Source of the DNA: Toensbergia leucococca
Taxonomy: Eukaryota
Direction: 5' to 3'
NCBI GenBank assembly: GCA_022813965.1
Contig: JALDZS010000031.1
Coordinates: forward strand, 1-64,000
Length of the DNA stretch: 64,000 bases
Shown here: piece after piece, positions 26,777 through 38,046 of the stretch
How positions within the stretch are numbered: position 1 is the stretch's first letter
Layout of the letters: each line of letters opens with the position of its first letter
Notes under the pieces: model-generated
What the model saw: only the letters and a program-made list of their open reading frames with translations
Told to the model about the DNA's origin: nothing
Database searches by the model: none
Position numbers and translations under genes: made by a program

Positions 26777-28264
26777 CTAACTACCAAAGAGTCCGATTTC
26801 TGTATCTCGGTTCTCTGGAAAGTCGTGCAGCCAAAACAGTAGATTTTCCTCCCACGGAAATTCCGCCACGCCACGACCAATGAGGACGATTTTTCCCAAT
26901 TGTCGTTCTTTGGCTGTATTCTCAGTCTCTGCTGCAGCCATATTGTCATCTATATCAACTATTTCAAATACATCCCGCACGCCTTGTAACATTTTAGTTG
27001 TTCCGAAGGTGGTGCGTATGCGGCCTTTGAGGCGGTGTATGGAGAATATGTGGGGTGCGAACGAAGAAGGGGACGAGTCTGGGAGGGGAAGGAGAGACTC
27101 CCAGAGGATGGAGCGAAGCCAAGAATCGAGGAATTGGAGCTGAGGAGGTGATAAGGGTGGTAGTGCAATGCTGATTGTGGAGATGGACTATTCATGTGAA
27201 TTTGAGGCATGAAGAGAAGCGGAGGTAGCTACTTACAGGGTCAAGATGACTATGTCCTTTCGCTGCTACATCCAGTGAACCTAGACCATCATAGGCGTGG
27301 ATATCGAGAAGATAGTCTTCAAGGTATGGTATCTGCCCATAACTTGTTTTGTGAATCTTCGCTAACCCGTTGACAGATTGTACCCTCTGTACCACTGCTT
27401 CAAGCTGCTGAGGCGTCACAACATCACTCTTATTAATAATCAGTACATCTGCATGTGAGATCTGCAGATGAGCGATTGTCATATGCAGGCCTTCGACGTC
27501 TTCGCCCTCGGGTGGTTCTTCATCCAGGCTTAAGAGAATGTTTTTTGCATCTACAAGTGTAACGATGCCGTCGAGGTAGATAGAGCTTCCGAGACCGTCA
27601 TCAACCCAGAACAAGGGGGCTATATTGCCTGGGTCTGCGAGCCCTGTGGTTTCGAGGAGGATGTAGTCGAAGGAGCCGCGACGTTCAATAAGGGATTCTA
27701 TAGCAGCGACGCCGGAGTCTCTGTGGAGAACATAAGTAAGGTGAGATGCTCAAAGACAGCGTCAACGTACTTTACTGAGCAACATATGCAGCCGTTGGCC
27801 AGTTCCAGCCATTCCTCTACTTGCTCGCCGTTCTTGTTCACAGTTAGGGCTTTCTCGATGTCGGCCGCTGACCACCAAACACGTCAGTCAATCGCGAGTA
27901 GAAGCGGCTGGAAGGTTTGCCCACAATCACCAAACTCTGTGGAGGCGCATTAGTATCAAGTTTGATGGGTAGTCATAGATTCACAGTGTTCACAAGCCGT
28001 TGAGGATGACTGCTATCTTCTTCCCATGTTGCTCCCTCAGGATGTAATTCACCAACGTCGTCTTCCCTGCTCCGAGATAACCTGTTCAGTCACTCAGTCG
28101 TATCCTCAAGTCTCATCCTACCTGCAGAATATACCAGTAACCAGCGTCAAAGGCACCTTGACCAGACTCAAACTTTGCAAGCGAGACGAAGGGCTAGAAG
28201 CTTGTCGGAGGGTGGTTTCGACATTCACTAGGACGGGAGCATCATCTTCATCAACGTCCATCAT
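26777..28264 (-). CDS. CobW/COG0523 (ZNG1/CBWD-like) metallochaperone GTPase, multi-exon
   Basis: [28 protein letters not shown] (CxCC), [14 protein letters not shown]; CobW_C region RLKGRI...[10 protein letters not shown]...KIVLIGR. Confidence 0.92.
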
Positions 28265-28561
28265 TTCGCAGTCTTCAAGCAAGCAACGATGCCGATAGCA
28301 CTTCCTCCCTTCAGGTCGCCAAGGTCTATGGCGGTGACGCGGGATCGGCAAATTCAACGAGTGGAACAAGCTCGCTTAGATTGGGGCTCACGGAGCTCGG
28401 GCCAACCGGAAAATCCTCCTCCCACCTCCGAACAATCTCAATCTTCAGCTCTCAATCTTCACGCTATTGGCTACAGCGTCCATCATCAGCTTCTGCTCCC
28501 TCCCACCAACGACCGTGAACCTTCATCCCCATTCCGGCGTCCTCGCCATCGTAAACGCCGT

Positions 28562-30012
28562 ATGTCTGTATCCATGGCCGCACCTCACCGCGGCGTTTCT
28601 CCTTCCACCTCCCCACGTCTACCAAGTCCACCACCTTTTCCAGAGGTTCAAATTACTCCCAATTCCCCAAAGCCAGGCCTACCGTCTGGAAATACTGCAC
28701 CAGATCTCAAAGATGCCTCGAAACCTGATGACGGTGCAGGTAGGAGAATTCGTCCTGGTACAAAGGCTGCAGACATGGCGTCTGGCCCACCGTTGGTACC
28801 TTTGGTAGAAGTAAGCCATTTTTTTGAAACAACATTGCCTGGGGCCCAGACTGTTTATGCAATCTCATGATCTTACATTCAAAATCTAATTTCTGCCAGC
28901 TCGACTCACCATTTCAACTACAAGAGCACCTCAAAGCCCTCTACTACCACCACACCAAATCCGACGATACCAACACCACAATGCCAATCACCCACGAAAC
29001 AGCCCTCATCCTCGCCACCCCACCAGACAACGTTGACCGTTCCCTCTGGCTCTACGAGCTTTGCCGCTTCCTGGTCCAAAAAGTAAATAGCCTGATAGTT
29101 GCCTTCTTCGCCGAATCACCTCCCTGTTCAGCTCAGACATGCCCCGAGATGCGCGCGTCGGAATGGCAATATCTCTGCGCCGTGCATGATCCGCCGAAAT
29201 CGTGTTGTGCTATTGATTATTGCTGCCATACCTTGGACTGGGCTGCCAATGTATTGACGTCCCAGAAGCACTTTCCCAGCCGCTTAACCCTGGGTAGTGA
29301 GGCCGCGGGTGGAAGTCAGCAGAGCGTCAGACAGCTCACAAATATCTTTCGAAGAGTCTATCGTATATTCGCTCACGCCTGGTTCCAGCACCGCCAAGTC
29401 TTCTGGCAAGTAGAAGGCCACGAAGGCTTATACATCCTGTTCAAAACCGTTTGCGACGTCTTCAGCCTGATACCCGAAGAGAACTACACCATCTCACCCG
29501 AAGCAGAAGGCATAGCCGCAGCCGCAGAAATATCAAGGGAAGACCAAGGTGCAATGGCAGTTCTCAGAAGCCAAACCCAAGACGAAACAAAGGCAAGCGA
29601 AGCAGATGCAACAACAACAATCAGCACCGGCGCTACCACGAGAAGGCACAAAAATACACCTTCCACCGGCTCAGCAGTAACAACCATCGCCGAGGGCGAC
29701 GAAGACGAACATCAACCGCACTCCGACTCCGACTCCGACAACTGCGACGAGATCGCCGAAGCCGAAGCCTCTTTACCGCCACCGGCGCTATCATCAGACT
29801 TGCTAAAAGACATGCCGGAATCGGAAAACCAGGCAGGTACGGAGAAGCCGGAAGAGCTGCCCTCGCAACCGGCGCTGGAGCAGAAAATGGAAGAGCTTAT
29901 CATGGAAGAACCAAGCGTTAGCGAGGGAAAACTTCACCCGCCTGAAGCGGTATCAGAGACGGAGAGCGCGCCTGAGGAATCGGTGGTCGAGGATGGGAAG
30001 CTCGACTCATGA
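28562..30012 (+). CDS. mob3: MOB3/phocein (STRIPAK component)
   Basis: LWLYELCRFL...CPEMRASEWQYLCAVHDPPKSCCAIDYCCHTLDWAA...HFPSRL...FRRVYRIFAHAWFQH. Intron 28811-28899; acidic tail. Confidence 0.93.
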
Positions 30013-30710
30013 TGTGTGTCTGTGTGTCACTGGTGAAACGTTCTTTGTTTACGTGCTGCATTAAGATACCCCATCCCGCGCAATGCTGCATGTACCACGT
30101 CCGAAAGAAGTCTACCTAGATACCAAGAATCAAAATTCATAGCGTCTTTTTTCAAATAACCGTCTTCTCAAGACTCATACTCCAAACGCCCAAGCTTGCT
30201 GATTCCCTGGAAATACACCTTTGTCCTGTAGCTCGCTTCTCTTCGTCCCAGCCCACGGAAGAGAAAAGCTAGCAGCGCCACCCTCGGTGCTATATTCCAT
30301 GTCCCATTCACCATGCATGCTTCTTGGCGCCGCATCCCCTCCGATCCCCTGTCTCTACGCTATTGAATTCAAATCTGACAATTGGGGGAAGGAGGGGGGG
30401 GGGAATGTGCCAGGCTACTCTGACCTGGCCGCAAGGGAAGAGAGCAGGGTTCATATGGGGGGCAGCTTGTGGGATTGTGCAGGTGCATTACAGGGAGGAA
30501 GAAAAGGAAGAAGAAGGGGGAGGAAAAGATGTTTTTAATTTTTGGGCACAAAGGTGGCGAAATTCTCCGAAAACAAAACCCCCGTGAACACCGCGCTAGA
30601 TGGGGAGGTATGTAAAAACAGAAAGAAGAAAGGAATAGTTGAAAACCGCAAATTACCTCCCCACTGCCGTCCCCACCGCTCTTCTCCACCAACGTCCTCC
30701 ACGGACATCC

Positions 30711-32078
30711 TCACCTCCCCACCAACGGCCCCGCATCTTTCCCCCACCCCTTCGCCCGCATACTCTCCTCCACCGCCCCCCAAATCCCCTCCACAACCTC
30801 CCGATCCCGCCACCTGCCCTGCGTGCCCAGACTCTGATTCCACTTCTCGACCTGCACACTCACCACGCCGCGTCCCCACCCCTTGACCGTGCCCGGAACC
30901 TCCTCCCCCCTCCACCCCACATATACGCCCAGCAGATTCCGAAACAGCTCGGGCGCAGCCTGCCACTTGTAGCTCTTGAATTGCCAGGTCTGGCCCGTGG
31001 TGAAGACGGCGACGACGCGGGACCAGTAGTCTGGTTTGAACTGCTCTGGGGTCTCGACGAGGATGAAGCGGAGAGGGCGGGCCGGGTCGATGGAGGGGAG
31101 CAGGCGCGAGATGTGCAGGATGTTGGCTGTGGTTGAGGAGGTGCCTGCGAGGGCGTTGTCAGGCGGGATGTAGGTGCCGGATTCGAGGAAGGATTTTATG
31201 TTCGACATGCGCAGGAGGGAGGAGGCCGAGGGCGAGAGCAGGATTATGGGATCTGGGCGTCGGGAGGGCTTTTTGGGGAGGGAGACTAGGGGCCCGGCTG
31301 CTGGGGTGGGGGTTGGGAGGGTGGAGGAGGGGCGGGGACGGGAGCGCTGGAGGAAAGTTTCGGCGGATTTGCGGATGTGGGAGAAATCCTGTGGGGATAG
31401 AATTTAATTTAGTTGGTTGTTAATTTAGGGGGGTGAGAAGAGGGGTTCGCTCACGGTTGGTTTGATGCCCCTCAAGACACTGTTCCTATCCCCCATCCTC
31501 CTCTCGCCGTTGTAAATTTCCTGCAGCCGCGGATCGATGACTTTGCCTGGCCGCGCGCCAGCAGCTCCGCTCGGGACGGTGGAGACGCCCCCCGAAGCTC
31601 CCGACGCCACTGCTGCTGACCCGGCCGCCTGCGCCGCCGTGGCATCTGATTCCAATGCCTTGATATACTCGCTCTCGTCGGACGCCCCTTCGAGCCACGT
31701 AATCAAATCCAACCTCTCCACAAACACCAGATTCTGCACTTTTCCACCCGCGCCGCCGGCACCAGAGTGTTCCTCATTGAGCTGTTGTGCCGAGGCGATG
31801 TAGTCTGGAATGGCGACATCTTTTTTCTGCCAGGCGAAATAGATGCTTCGGAGATCGACGGGGGTGTCGGAGGAGATAAAGCGCGTTGGGGTGGCGAGAG
31901 AGAAGGAGTGATGTGCTGGGTCGGAGAATTGGAGGTGGGTGGCTGTTGCGAGGTTTTCATTTGCTTCGGAAGCGGTGGTGGGTTCTAGGGAATTTGTGGA
32001 GATGGGGGGGGTGTTGGAGGCGATTGAGCGGCGAAGGCTGAGTAAGGGATCTGAAGGGAGTGTGTCTATAGTCGCCAT
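30711..32078 (-). CDS. CDC73: Paf1 complex subunit Cdc73 (2 exons)
   Basis: FVERLDLITWLEG, ERRMGDRNSVLRGIKPT|DFSHIRK, PIILLSPSASSLLRMSNIKSFLE, YWSRVVAVFTTGQTWQFKSYKW. Confidence 0.95.
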
Positions 32079-32690
32079 TGCAAGAATGAATGTTGAATTT
32101 CGGCTTTATAGCGGACTTGGGAATTAGTAGGTCGCAGATCCAGATTATTGGTACTCCGTAGTGGTGGTGGACTGGTGGTGATGAACTCAAGAATAGGGCT
32201 GATGGTACTGACGAAAAAAACTCCCGATTAGGGCTAGGTTTAACAGTCTGTATTAGGGTCACAAGAATTCACTCTAGAGTAGGTAGTCGGCATCACGCAA
32301 TGATCATTTGCCTACGGAGTACGAAAGCATTAGGTATCGATCTCAACACACCCGCGTCAGGGATAAATCTCAAGTGATCATTTCTGAAAAGCGTGTGAGT
32401 CATGAGAAGCTGTACTACATTCATTTTAATGTCTGGGCTTGCATCCAATGCAACCATTCTCAGACCTGTACCATTCTCTGCGGCTGGCTCATCTGCATGA
32501 AAGGTCTTTGCAGTCAATGACTCACAGGAAGGACACGAATATACAAAAGCAGTGGAAATATTAAACTAGGAATTCAAAGGCCGGCGAATTACTTTCATAC
32601 GAAACAACCATTTTCTCGCATTGATCAGCATTTTCAATTTCAACTATAATTCTTCAAAAGGAGAGAAACGTAATCATTCTTTCATGAACA

Positions 32691-34012
32691 ATGAGTCTAC
32701 TCGAGACCCTCGCAAATACCCCTTACGCATGTACAGACCTCACGAGAATTAGTGGAGGATATTCAAATTTCACCTACAGAGGACTGCTTACCGTCCCATT
32801 ACCAGATGGCACCTCTACAGTGGTCATCAAACATGCTGAACCCTTTATTGCGTCGAACCAGGCAGTCAAATTTGATGTGATTCGCAGCGTACGAAACCAA
32901 TGCTCTCATTTCCCAAGGGCTGCTGTCCCGAGTAGAGGTAGGGATGTTCCAGAAATCAGAAAGGCTAACAATATCTTTGACCAAGCAGTACTATGAGCAA
33001 AAAGTACTCGACGCACTAGGAAGATGCTCACCGGTGCATTCCAAAGACGTAGTCATCAGATCTCCAAAACTGTACCACTTCTTCCAAGACGCTAATGCGC
33101 AAATCATGGAAGACGTCGCCGACTCAACGGAGCTGAAACGTCACCTCCTCACCGGCAAAGTTTCCTCGGAAGAAGCTGTCGCTGTGGGAGCAGCACTTGG
33201 CTCATGGACGCGGCAGTTCCATCTCTGGGGCTCAATGCCCGAGCAAGAGCACTTACGTAGTATCTTAAGTTCGAGCAAAACGGGGCCGGATTTCAAACAT
33301 GCTCTCAACTATAGACGACTCACGGCTACCGTTGACAAGTTTCCTGCAATGCTTGGGGAATCGAGAGGCTTATTCGAAGAAGTCTCTACTGCCATGAGTC
33401 CGGAAGTCCTTGGGAAAGCTTCAGGTTTTGGAATTATCCATGGCGACTTCTGGTCCGGAAAGTGAGTCGTCTAAAAGACATCATTAGAGCGCACTGATTA
33501 GGGGTGCTTTCTTCCTGTTGTGGTTTGCCACCGATTCACTGATCATATACAGCGTTCTTCTCCAAAACACATCAAACCCCAAGATTCTAGCCTCGGAGCC
33601 AAATATTAAAATGTTCGTGATTGACTGGGAGTTTGCTCAAGTATCATCACCAATATTCGATCTCGGACAAATGCTAGCAGAGTTGTACTTAGTAGCACAC
33701 TTCCGCGCCAGTCCCGTCATAGCTCCACTTATCGGCTCCTTCCTACAAGCTTATGGAAGAAATGAAACCGAGGACTCTTTCCGAGTTGCCATCCATTTCG
33801 GTGTACATTTAATAGTCTGGCCGTGTCGCGTTCCTGGCTGGGGCGACGATGCGCAGATTGAGGACTGTATCAGGTTTGGGTTAGAGTGCGTGAGGAATGC
33901 GCATCAGAAACAGAAAGAGTGGTTTCGAGGAGGAATTCTTGAGAAGTTGTTCTTCCCAGCTTCGAACGAGGACGATGCACTACTTGTTGAGTTTGCTATG
34001 AAAAAGGTTTAG
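32691..34012 (+). CDS. APH/choline-kinase-fold small-molecule phosphotransferase (PsiK/methylthioribose-kinase-like)
   Basis: RISGGYSNFTYR, VVIKHAEP, MEDV, IIHGDFWSGN (across an intron), VIDWE, DLGQMLAE. Introns 32889-32988 and 33462-33552. Confidence 0.88.
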
Positions 34013-34289
34013 TCGAACTAGGTACTCGATTCTGATTATTCGTCGAAGCAAGTAAAGCGGCCTCTCATTAGATCCAAACATCCGCAAAGGGGGACTGTCG
34101 TCCACCCTGTGATAGTCCTCAGCAAGGCAATACAAGTCAATGCCTAAACACTTGTTGCGGCAAAGTCAATAGTCATACTCGAAGGCGTGTGACAATATAA
34201 TAGATCTTACCTATAGCATAGCCATACCAACCATGCGGTAAATGCTTACAACTTCCACTTCGCTTCAGACCCACCATCCCTAAAAGCTC

Positions 34290-35173
34290 TTATAGATCCA
34301 TCTCATCCTCATCATCCTCCTCTTCCAGTCCCCCAATCCCATTGTCTCTCTCTTCCGCCTCTCTTTCCTTCCTCGCCATTTCCTTCGATGCCCCAATCTG
34401 CCTTCATCCCACCCAAATATTTAGCATAACACTATCCTTCGTTCCCAACTCAACCCCAAACAAAAAGAAAAACCCACCTTAGCCCATCTACCACCCCGCC
34501 CACAAAAGCTCTCGCCTCTGCGACTTCCATACCTCCCACCCCATTCATTCGTACTTCCCTCCCTCCCTCCAAAACCCCCACCCCAACCCTCAACTTAGCC
34601 ATCCTCACCTCTCGCAGATCCCGCATCAACCTTCTAACTCCATCCGCATCAGGCACATCATCCGCCGCAGCATCAAGAATCATCTCTCCAAGCTCAAGCC
34701 AATGGTATGGAAGCGCATCCGACGGAGCTGAGTCAATTGCAGAAGGTAGAAATGGCGGAGAGATAGGAGTACTGGTTGGCAGAGGCAATTGAGGGGGAGG
34801 TGAGAAAGATGGGATTGTAGACTCGAGAGAGAGGATCTGCGTTAGGGATGCGGGGGTGAGCCATGGGGGAGGAAGGATGTTGGCGCGGCGTTGGCGTTTA
34901 AGGAGGAGGGCGAGCCAGAGAGGGAGGGGAGTGCGGTGAGGTGGCTGGAGTGGTACCGTAGGGCCCTATTGGATGAGTCTTAGTGCGTTCTTTACGGCTT
35001 TACTATTATGAAAACGTACTGATTGGCGACATTGAGTGTGCTTGGTGGGGTGAACGTACACCTAGGAGAGAGAGTCCTTCAAGGCGTTGTCGGGGGATAA
35101 CGGTGACGAGCTCCATCTCGCAGAGGAAGGCGGTTTCGGGGGGCGTCAGACCTGGTGGGAGAGGGAGCGCCAT
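34290..35173 (-). CDS. PSF2: GINS complex subunit Psf2 (3 exons)
   Basis: [87 protein letters not shown]. Confidence 0.95.
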
Positions 35174-35692
35174 GGCGGGCGCAATTAGATTGAGTCTTTG
35201 CTGAATGCTTGCGAACGCGATTGATTTACGGATATCCGTAGAGTACGGAGTACGGAGTACGGAGTAGGCAAACGTATAATATTCTAGATTGGTCTGTTCT
35301 GGCGCCCGTAGAATAGAACACCTCGATACGGAGTACGGAGTATCCTATCCCTCCCCATCCTCCCTCCTCCCTCCTCCCCCGCTCGCTCCTCGCCATTTCT
35401 AGTTTCAAGACAAGTGTCCAGGCATACCGAGTGGAAGATTCCTGCCAGCAGCTGACCAGCCAAGGCGTCTATCGACTTTTGACATTTTTACCATTCCTCC
35501 GCAAATACATATTCTATTACTTGCGCCTGCTACTTCTCGTGGATTCTCCTCCTGGACAAAAATGTGATGATCATGAATATTGAGATCTCTACCTTTCATC
35601 TTTGCCTGAGCATATATGAATAGATATTGAAAAGGCATTTCAACTTTTTCACCTCTGTTTCTCACTGCTGTAACAAGCTACTTTGCGTTGCA

Positions 35693-38046
35693 ATGTCTCT
35701 TCAAGTCTTCAGGTATATCCTTGAATGGCCGCGGCACTTTAATTTGTACACTTATGCCGTGGTTGTGGCCCTGGCGAGTTTCTGGATGTACAAAATTAAT
35801 ATAACGGTGCCTGAGCCGTACCTCGTGAGCTTTGAGAAACGAACATAACTATTTTCCTATTGTGCTAAGAGAATCAGGATGAGTATTTCCACATTGGGCA
35901 AGCCGAGCAGTACTGGCTAGGTCATTGGGAATCCTGGGACCCCAAAATTACTACTCCTCCTGGCTTGTGCGTTTCCCCTTATTCGTCCAAGCAAGCATCG
36001 GCCACTTGAGCTGATGAGTTTGCAAGATATCTCATATCTTACCCGTGGCTTATGCTTCAGACCTTTCTTCGTACGCCTGCTTCAATCACCGCGGATCTTC
36101 GCAGCGTCAATGTTATATTTGGCGCCTTTTTTATCTTTCCAATAGTCCGCAAGGTTATAGACGGAATTTCAGATACGCGCGAGAGTCTTAGCTCCGAGGA
36201 CTTAAAGTCAAAGCCTCGATGGTCTTCATTGGAGTTAGATCACGCAACGGTTAACATCTGTCTTTTTCCTCCGCTTTCCTTCTTTTATGGACTGTACTAC
36301 ACCGATGTCTTGGCAGCGTTAGTGGCCCTCTATACTTACGCTTTCTACCTCAAGCGACGGAAAAACAGTCTTGTCGGAGTAGGCCTTCTATCATTGTTAT
36401 TTAGGCAGACCAACATCTTTTGGGTTGCCGTCTTTCTCGGTGCCCTTGAAGTAAGCCGGACTATTCCAAAGGGCCGGTCAGGCGTAGAATTTCAAGTCAA
36501 GCCAAGTTTCTACGAAGTTGTCGCTGAAAGTTGGCGACGTTCTTGTCATTTCGACCCACTCGTCAGCCAAGCTGGTTTTGAAGGTCAGTAGAAAACCGGT
36601 CGGGGATAGTAGAGTTGCTGATTCGAACTCGGTAGATTACATTAAATCCGACATCTCTCTAGTTGCAGCAAGCTTAGCAAACCTTCCAGTCGTGTTACGA
36701 TCCATCGTACCGTATCTGATACTTCTCAGCACATTCGGCCTTTTTATTTTGTGGAATAGTGGTGTTGTTCTAGGTCGGAGTGATCCATTCAAAAGTTTCT
36801 GTACCTCTGCTGATAACAGATAGGCGACAAAGAGAATCACATCGCCTCGATACATCTCTCTCAAATGCTATATATATGGCCATACTTTATGTTTTTCTCT
36901 TTCCCCTTCCTAGGTTTCTATCTCCTAAATAGCGTCTCTCACCGGGGCCGTTTGAATGGCCTTCGCTCAAGCTCAACGAAGCATCAAGTCCCCCGACTTG
37001 TTGTGACAGGTCCAGTCCTAGCAGTCATGTTGGCAGTCGTTCACTTCAACACCGTCATCCATCCCTTTACCTTGGCAGATAACCGTCATTATATATTCTA
37101 CGTCTTCCGCCACCTCCTCCGCCACCCGGCTATCAAATACTGTGCAACACCAGTATACTTCGTCTGCGCCTGGGCCGCCATAGGCATCATTGGCGGACTC
37201 CCAGACGCACAGCATAATGGGGAGTACAGCACTGGCCAGAGCCTTCAGTCAGACGTCGAGCAAGATATGAAAGGAAGAAAGAGTAGCATCATCTGTGGAC
37301 TCCCCGATGTACAGCACCATGGGGAGCACAGCACTACCCAGAGCTCTCATTCAGGTGTTGGGGGGGTCATGAAAGGTAGAAAAGTGATATTCAGCAACAG
37401 ACCCAAGACGGGATGCATGACTTGTAGGAGGCGAAAGAAAAAATGTGACCAGCCACAGCCTGAATGTGAGTGAAATGGAGGCGGCTGAGAAGAGGACTAC
37501 ACTAACAAAAACTCAGGTAGCATTTGCCTCCGCGATGGATTCATCTGTGTGGGCTATACGATGCGGGATACAGAGCAGAAGCTGAACAACGAAAAAGCCC
37601 CTATTTCATCTGAAAGGCATCTGGAAAAGCCAATTGCAGCAAACCAAGAACTCGAGCTACCACACCCTCAACCTCCATCAACACAGCCACTCACCCATAG
37701 TACAACTACGGAAACCAATTCCCCATTCAATCTCCCTCCCAACCCTACAACAACAGAGCCCGGCACCCGCACCAGCTTCCTCCTCGCTTGGCTCCTCGCC
37801 ACCACCCTCTCCCTCATCACGGCCCCCTTGGTCGAACCCAGGTATTTCATCATGCCCTGGCTCATCTGGCGCTTGCATCTGCCTCCTCGCACACGAGGTG
37901 GGGCAGTGTATACGAAGCATGACTATCGGCTCTGGCTCGAAACGGCGTGGTTTCTGCTTGTGAATCTCGTTACTGGATATGTGTTTTTGAATCGGGGGTT
38001 CGAGTGGGCGCAGGAGCCGGGGTTGGTGCAGAGGTTTATGTGGTAG
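35693..38046 (+). CDS. ALG10: Dol-P-Glc:Glc2Man9GlcNAc2-PP-Dol alpha-1,2-glucosyltransferase with an in-frame inserted Zn2Cys6 cluster
   Basis: [73 protein letters not shown]-terminal QRFMW. Five GT-AG introns. Confidence 0.94.
37186..37383 (+). repeat. 102-bp (34-codon) imperfect tandem duplication inside the ALG10 loop
   Basis: [32 protein letters not shown] at 37186 versus [32 protein letters not shown] at 37288. Confidence 0.92.

Noticed and set aside
32691..34012. Psilocybin-like or other secondary-metabolite cluster around the PsiK-like kinase
   Set aside because: Neighbours are housekeeping genes; there are no backbone or tailoring enzymes in the window.
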